Shown: positions 57,390-64,000 of the stretch, piece by piece
Layout of the letters: every line of letters begins with the position of its first letter
Numbering within the stretch: position 1 is the first letter of the stretch
NCBI GenBank assembly: GCA_012295275.1
Contig: CM022669.1
Location: 6,572,001 to 6,636,000, forward strand
Source of the DNA: Chrysomallon squamiferum
Taxonomy: Eukaryota > Animalia > Mollusca
DNA length: 64,000 bases
Direction: 5' to 3'
Translations under genes and position numbers: made by a program
Notes under the pieces: generated by a model
What the model was told of the DNA's origin: nothing
Databases searched by the model: none
The model's input: only the letters and a program-made list of their open reading frames with translations

Positions 57390-57582
57390 GTTTGTACCTA
57401 CCAGTCACACAGTCAGGGACTCTTGTTGTAATTTAGCTTCATGCTATGGTTTTGTTGATGACGACTTTGAACATTTAATCTTTGCTCCATTCCGTGGCTA
57501 TGAAATCCATGGCATGAAGTTGGATCTCGTCCAGTAATAGAAGGCATGAGGTATTTAGGTATTTTACTGATAACTGGAAATC
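57390..57582 (+). pseudogene. Decayed terminal exon of a Hog gene (Hint C-terminus + SRR)
   Basis: tag|G LYLPVTQSGTLVV[del]LASCYGFVDDDFEHLIFAPFR[del]...PVIEGMRYLGILLITGN. Homologous to 38364-38131 but with deletions. Confidence 0.85.
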
Positions 57583-58465
57583 TTTTTTCTTTTATAAATT
57601 ATTATTATTTCGTTTTGTGTTTATTTTTTTATTTTTTATTTTTAAATATTTCTATTTGAGCACGATATTCAAGTATATGCCATATAAGTATTTGTAGCCT
57701 CATAAATTAAACTTTCAACTTCTTTAAAAATATAATTTTAAGTGACATGTAACCATATTGGATGTGCTTAATTAATTTACCTATAGGACAGTGAATGGGA
57801 AATATCCCAAACAACAGTAAACAAACAAATCTATTTTTTTTTATATATATATGAAAGTTAAAATACAGGTAGCATGAAAATATGACAATTGTGAATATTT
57901 TGTTTTAACGATCAGAAGATGCTAAGAATCCCAGGAAAACCCCCCAGCAAGAATTATATCATGTAAACAAACGTAAAGTATGACAAAGAAGGCTTTTTAT
58001 TAAACAAAGTAAAAATAACATACCGCTACACTCAGTACTTTATTTCTCAGTAACACACGTTATAGGACACTGATATAGGAAACACTGATGTCCAAGATAT
58101 AAACATTTCCTGACCAGGCTATTATTTTTAATGGCTAGATAATTTTATTTATTTTTATTAAATGATTTATATAACCTATGTGCAAGGATAGCTACATACC
58201 TACCTACCTACCTATTTGCCTAGAAAAAAAAAAAAATAACATACAAACAAATTTCCATTTTCTATTTTTCTATTTCTAAATCGTCCCCTCCTTTCCCAGC
58301 CTGAAGTTTATAAGTAGTGACATGTTTGATTAATATGTAGCATACATAATTACATTTCTCGAAATTTAGATACGACAAAATAATATTCCTAAACATCAAA
58401 TTTGCTTCCATATAACGAAATGGTATCTGTTCTTATGTATTATTATGCCACCTCTTATATAGCAC

Positions 58466-58500
<35 letters not shown>

Positions 58501-58871
58501 AATAATAATAATAATAGTAATAATAATAGTGATATTAATAGTACTAATACATTAACTATATCAGTAGAATTTGTAATAGTAACAGTAGTAGTAAATGTGG
58601 TAGTAATAACTGAACATCTGACAGAGGTTGATTAAGAAACGAACAGAAAAATAAAAAGACAAGGTCAGTGTATCAAGAAAGAAAGAAGTAATAAAAAAGA
58701 AAAATGCTGCCAAATGCTGGAACTTTTTATAACTTGTAAATAAAATGACGATAATAACGAAAAGGAAATATTTATTTATTCGTTCGATCTTTCGTATAGT
58801 ATTTCAAAGTGACAACAGCTGTCATCGGGATGATTCGTTTTTTATCACATTTTGTTTTAAGTTTTAACTGG

Positions 58872-59492
58872 TCAGTTTTGGATACAGCCCACCATAGTAC
58901 ATGCTGTAAGTCCACCATCAGCGCAAACACACGTGTTACAACCATCGAAAAACGATTGACCAGGGCCAACACATTGCTTGGTTGTTTCGTCAAAACATTC
59001 GCAATCTACAAGGAAATTAAACAAACAAATGGAAGATAAAAACTACTGATAATATTTTTAGAATTCCAATGCGTTTAGTATTTAATGTGTGAACCTGAGT
59101 CTGTGCATGTTTTATATCCGACTATGTTTGTGTATATGTATGTTTGTGTGTGCGAGCGTGCGTGCATGTGTGTTTGTATGTGTGTATGTATGCTAGTTCT
59201 TTAGTGTTTAATTGCTGCTTTAGATCTAAAGAGATCATTTGGAAAACGATTTTCTTTTAAAAGCTAATGAATAGATTGTTGTCATTTAAAAATGATTTTA
59301 AAAGAAATAACTTGTTACGATGTTGTCGTGTTCAGGTCGTACTGCATTACAGCATTCACAAGAAAATAACAAGTTATTCCCCCTACACAAACACATAACA
59401 GCTGATCACATAATACATTCACATCCATCGTTCAAAAATTATATAGGTATTAATACACATACGCAGATGTCTAAATATTAAACCTTCGCCGA

Positions 59493-59527
<35 letters not shown>

Positions 59528-59758
59528 ATGAATGAATGAATGAATGAATGAATGAATGAATGAATAAATAAATAAATAAGTAAGATGATACTTACCTAAT
59601 GATGAACAGACCTTTTTAGTACACGATATTTTGCCGTTGTAGCACGTGCAAGTGTTGCAACCGTCGACGTCAGCGAATGTTTCTTGGTGTTTGTAATAGC
59701 GATGTTCAGCAGCATAGTAACAAGCTCGAGATTCTGTAAGTAAGTAAGTAAGTAAGTA

Positions 59759-59806
<48 letters not shown>

Positions 59807-60149
59807 CATAAATAAATAAATAAATAATATAAAAATAAATTACATACATAGATATAGACATGCATGTGGATAAATATACGTATAGAAAATTAAATACATA
59901 AAAACATGCACACATTGATACTTACGAAAGTATGTATGTGCAAATACTGAATAATAAGTAAAAAAAACAAAACAATCCATATAGGATCAGAAAAAGAGAA
60001 AGTTTGAAATATAAAAATATGTTGAAAGTGTAAGATGGAATGACAGAGAGACCGACAGACAGACAGACTGACAGATAGACAATAAACAATAGTTTACCTG
60101 CATAGCTGAAGTAAAGAATCACAAACAAAGTAAACAGCAAAACCTTCAT
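58872..60149 (-). CDS. Secreted two-domain pacifastin/VWC-like peptide. Exons 60149-60098, 59733-59596, 59005-58872.
   Basis: MKVLLFTLFVILYFSYA/ESRACYYAAEHRYYKHQETFADVDGCNTCTCYNGKISCTKKVCSSL/DCECFDETTKQCVGPGQSFFDGCNTCVCADGGLTACTMVGCIQN*. The second domain fits the pacifastin consensus C-x9-12-CNxCxCx2-3Gx3-6CTx3C. Confidence 0.85.
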
Positions 60150-61665
60150 TATTACACAATTTATACCGTTTTGTATTCGTTATCTCAGGAGTTAACAGTG
60201 GATACTGCGCCACTTTGACAACATTGTGTTTATATAACCAGGACGTTCCGTGTTTTATTTGAGTAGTTTGTTTCTTCATTGGTTATCTCCGTTGACTCTA
60301 CCGAATCGTGGTGTTGAATTAGTCATGAAATCTACGTCGACAAATATCCTTCAACCTATAAAACAATTCGGCGGCTTTGCCTCCGGTGTTGCTTGAGTCT
60401 TTGTTATGCAAAAGAGAAACACAATATAAAGTCAATGGAAAATTTTTCCGTAATACAACATTATATCGCGTTAACATTATCGTGATGATATATATTTCAA
60501 GTTTAAAAGAAGCGATTCATATTAATGACCATAAAGAAAAGAAGAAAAAACACTCGAAACAAAGGGTGGAGAAAAACAACAACAACAAGAAAGATATAAA
60601 TAATAATAATAACAATAAGGAAACAAACAAAAGAAAAGAAAAAGTAATGAAGAAAAAAATAACTAAAAAGTACTGTTTGTGTTTCAACGTGTTTACGTAT
60701 GTCGTCTTGACACTTACATTTCGTATTTGACTTTTCAGAAGATTCAATGAAATGCAACTCGTGATTGAAATTCATTGAAATTGTTCTTGTTTGTACGTAT
60801 ATCTGTATGGTATCATCTGTATGTGTGTATGTATATATATCTATCTGGACATATTTATGTATATAAGAATGTACCTAGTATGTATGAATGTAAATATGTA
60901 TGTATATGTAGGTAGTTATGTAGTTTAGGATTTTGAATATTCTTTGTCTGGTGTACCTATGTGCTATAAGACACTGAATGGGAAATATCCCAAACAGTCG
61001 TAAACAAAAACGGGTAATTTTTATATATTTATGAACGATAAAATAGAACTAGCATGAAAATATGACAATTGTGGCGATTTTGTTTTTACGATCAGACCAT
61101 GGTAACAATATAAGGATAATAAATGAAAAGAATTAAACGATGCAAAAGAAAGTCACCAAACGTAAAGTATAACAAAGAAGAATTTTTATTAAACAAAGTA
61201 AAAATAACATACCGCTACACTCAGTACTTTATTTCTCAGTAAAACACGTTATAGGACACTGATATAGGAAACACTGATGTCCAACATATAAACATTTCCT
61301 GAACAGTCTGTTATTTTTAGTGGATAGATAATTTTATTTATTCATATTAAATGATTTATATAACCTCTATGCAAGGATACCTACATACCTACCTACCTAC
61401 TTGCCTAGAAACAAACAAATAAACAACGTACATACAAATTTCCATTTTGTGTTTTTCTACTTCTAAATCATCCCCTTCTTGTTCCAGCCTGAGGTTTATA
61501 AATATTGACATGTTTGATTAATATGGAGTATGTGTCATACGTAATTAGATATCTCGAAATTAGATACGTGAAAATAATATTCATGAAGGTCAAAGTTACT
61601 TTCATGCAATGAAATGGTTTCTCTTCTTAAGTATTATATGACACCTCTTATATACTGAGCACAAC

Positions 61666-61744
<79 letters not shown>

Positions 61745-62064
61745 GTGATATTAATAGTAGTAGTAGGATGAACGATGTCAGTAGAATTTGTAATAGTAAT
61801 AATAGTAGTAAATGTGGTAGTAATAACTAAACATTTGACACAGGTAGAAAAACAAAAAGACAAGGTCAGTGGATCAAAAAAGAAAGAATTATTAAAAGAG
61901 AAGAATGTTGTTGCTGCCACTTGCTGGACATTTTTTATAAGTCCTAAATAAAATGACGATAATAACAAAAAGGAAATATTTATTTATTCGTTCGTTCGTT
62001 CGTATAGTATTTCAAAGTGACAACAGCGATCATCGGGATGATTCGTCTTTTATGACATATTGTT

Positions 62065-62960
62065 TTAAGTTTTAACTGGTTCGATTTCTGAACAGTATCT
62101 CTTAGTACATAGTGTAGGTCCACCATTACTGCAAAGACACGTGTTACAACCGTCGTAAAACGTTTGACCAGGTCGAACACATCGCTTGGTTGTTACGTCA
62201 AAACATCCGCAACCTAGAAGGAAAAAAATAACAACAAATGGAAGTACAAACTATTGATGATACTTTTAGAATTACAATGCATTTAGTATTTTTTATGTGT
62301 GAACCTGAGTCGGTGCATGTTTTATATCCGACTATGTATTTGTGTATATGTATGTTTGTGTGTGTGTGCGAGCGTGCGTGCGTGTGTGTTTTGTATGTGT
62401 GTGTATATTAGTTCTTTAGTGTTTAATTGCTGCTTTAGATCTTAAGAGATCATTTGGGAAACGATTTTCTTTTAAAAGCTAATCAATAAATTGTTGTCAT
62501 ATAAAAATGATTTTAAAAGAAGTAACTTGTTACGATGTTGTCGCATTCACAAGACAATAACAAGTTATTCCCCCTGCACAAACACATAGCAGCTGATCAC
62601 ATAATACATTCACATCCATCGTTCAAAAATTATATAGGTAATAATACACATACGCAGATGTTTAAATATTTAATATATACAAATAAATGAATAAATAAAA
62701 AAAATAAAAAATAAATGAATGAATGAATAAATGAATAAATAAATAAATAAATAAGATGATACTTACCTAATGGTGGACAGGCCTTTCTAGTACACGATAT
62801 TTTGCCGTTGTAGCACGTACATGTGTTGCAACCGTCGACGTGAGTGAATGTTTCTTGGTGTTTGTAATAGCGATTTCTAGCAGCGTAGTAACAACCTCGA
62901 GATTCTGTAAGTAAGTAAGTTAGTTTTGATAATAATAATAACAACAACAACAACAACAAC

Positions 62961-63021
<61 letters not shown>

Positions 63022-63367
63022 TAAATAAATAAATAAATAAATAAAGTAAACAAATAAGTTACCCACGTAGATATAGACACGCATATGGACAAATATACAA
63101 ATAGAAAATTAAATACATGAAAACATGCGCACATTGCTACTTATGTAAATATGTTTGTGCAAATGCTGAATAATAAGTAAAAAACCAAAACTATCCAGAT
63201 AGGATCAGAGAAGGAGAAAGTTTGAACTATAAAAATATGTTGAAAGTGTAAGATGGAATGACAGAGAGACCGACAGACAGACAGACTGACAGATAGACAA
63301 TAAACAATAGTTTACCTGCATAGCTGAAGTAAAGAATCACAAACAAAGTAAACAGCAAAACCTTCAT
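62065..63367 (-). CDS. Secreted two-domain pacifastin/VWC-like peptide. Exons 63367-63316, 62904-62767, 62213-62065.
   Basis: MKVLLFTLFVILYFSYA/ESRGCYYAARNRYYKHQETFTHVDGCNTCTCYNGKISCTRKACPPL/GCGCFDVTTKRCVRPGQTFYDGCNTCLCSNGGPTLCTKRYCSEIEPVKT*. GT-AG introns, all phase 1, TATA and CCAAT upstream. Confidence 0.85.
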
Positions 63368-63820
63368 TATTACACAATTTATACCGTTTTGTATTCGTTA
63401 TCTCAGGAGTTAACAGTGGATACTGCGCCACTTTGACAACATTGTGTTTATATAACCAGGACGTTCCGTGTTTTATTTGAGTAGTTTGTTTCTTCATTGG
63501 TTATCACCGTTGACTCTACCGAATCGTGGTGTTGAATGAGTCATGAAATCTACGTCGACAAATATCCTTCAACCTATAAAACAATTCGGCGGCTTTGCCT
63601 CCGGTGTTGCTTGCGGCTTTTTTCTGGAAAAGAGAAAGACAACATAAACTCACTGGACATTTGTTTCCGTATTGTAACATTATATCGCGTTAAGATGTTC
63701 GTAATAACAAATATTTCAAGTTTAAAAGAAACGATGCATGTTAATGACCATAAACAAAAGAAGAAAAAATACATGAAGCAAAGTGTGGAGAAAAATAACA
63801 ACAACAACAACAACAAGATA

Positions 63821-63879
<59 letters not shown>

Positions 63880-64000
63880 GGAAACAAACAAAAGAAAAGA
63901 AAAAGGAATGAAGAAAAAAATTACTAAAAAGTACTGTTTGGCTTTCAACGTGTTTACATATGTCGTCTTGACACTTACATTCAGTATTTGACTTTTCAGA

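Larger units (their letters stand above)
57780..64000. repeat. Tandem duplication with ~3.2-kb unit (57780-60960 and 60960-64000+). A third, split copy lies at ~47210-48700 plus 54650-55290 plus 56680-56960.
   Basis: Long near-identical blocks, for example 59990-60390 versus 63210-63610. The ATGs are 3218 bp apart. Confidence 0.9.

Overview
AT-rich, microsatellite-dense, intron-containing animal DNA. A lophotrochozoan or mollusc-like source is inferred, not proven. The left half (1-33 kb) holds four conserved spliced genes that I reconstructed exon by exon: PTPN9/MEG2 (-), UBE2R2/CDC34 (+), MBD2/3 (-) and the meiotic telomere gene TERB2 (+), arranged as two head-to-head pairs. The right half (34-64 kb) is a fast-evolving accessory region with two interleaved secreted-protein families. 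(1) A Hedgehog-related Hog (Hint + sterol-recognition region) autoprocessing gene whose N-terminal cargo is a ~37-aa peptide with 8 Cys instead of a Hedge domain. Its cholesterol-activating Asp46 is replaced by Lys. There is one near-intact copy and at least four decayed copies or fragments. (2) A tandem array of three pacifastin/VWC-like small Cys-domain genes (8, 2 and 2 domains, one domain per phase-1 exon) with near-identical promoters and signal exons but hypervariable predicted P1 loops. A hAT-type MITE, LINE and SINE remnants and several segmental duplications are also present. Two 1-nt frameshifts in homopolymer runs (PTPN9 and the Hog gene) suggest assembly indel errors. All translations were done by hand and no database searches were run.
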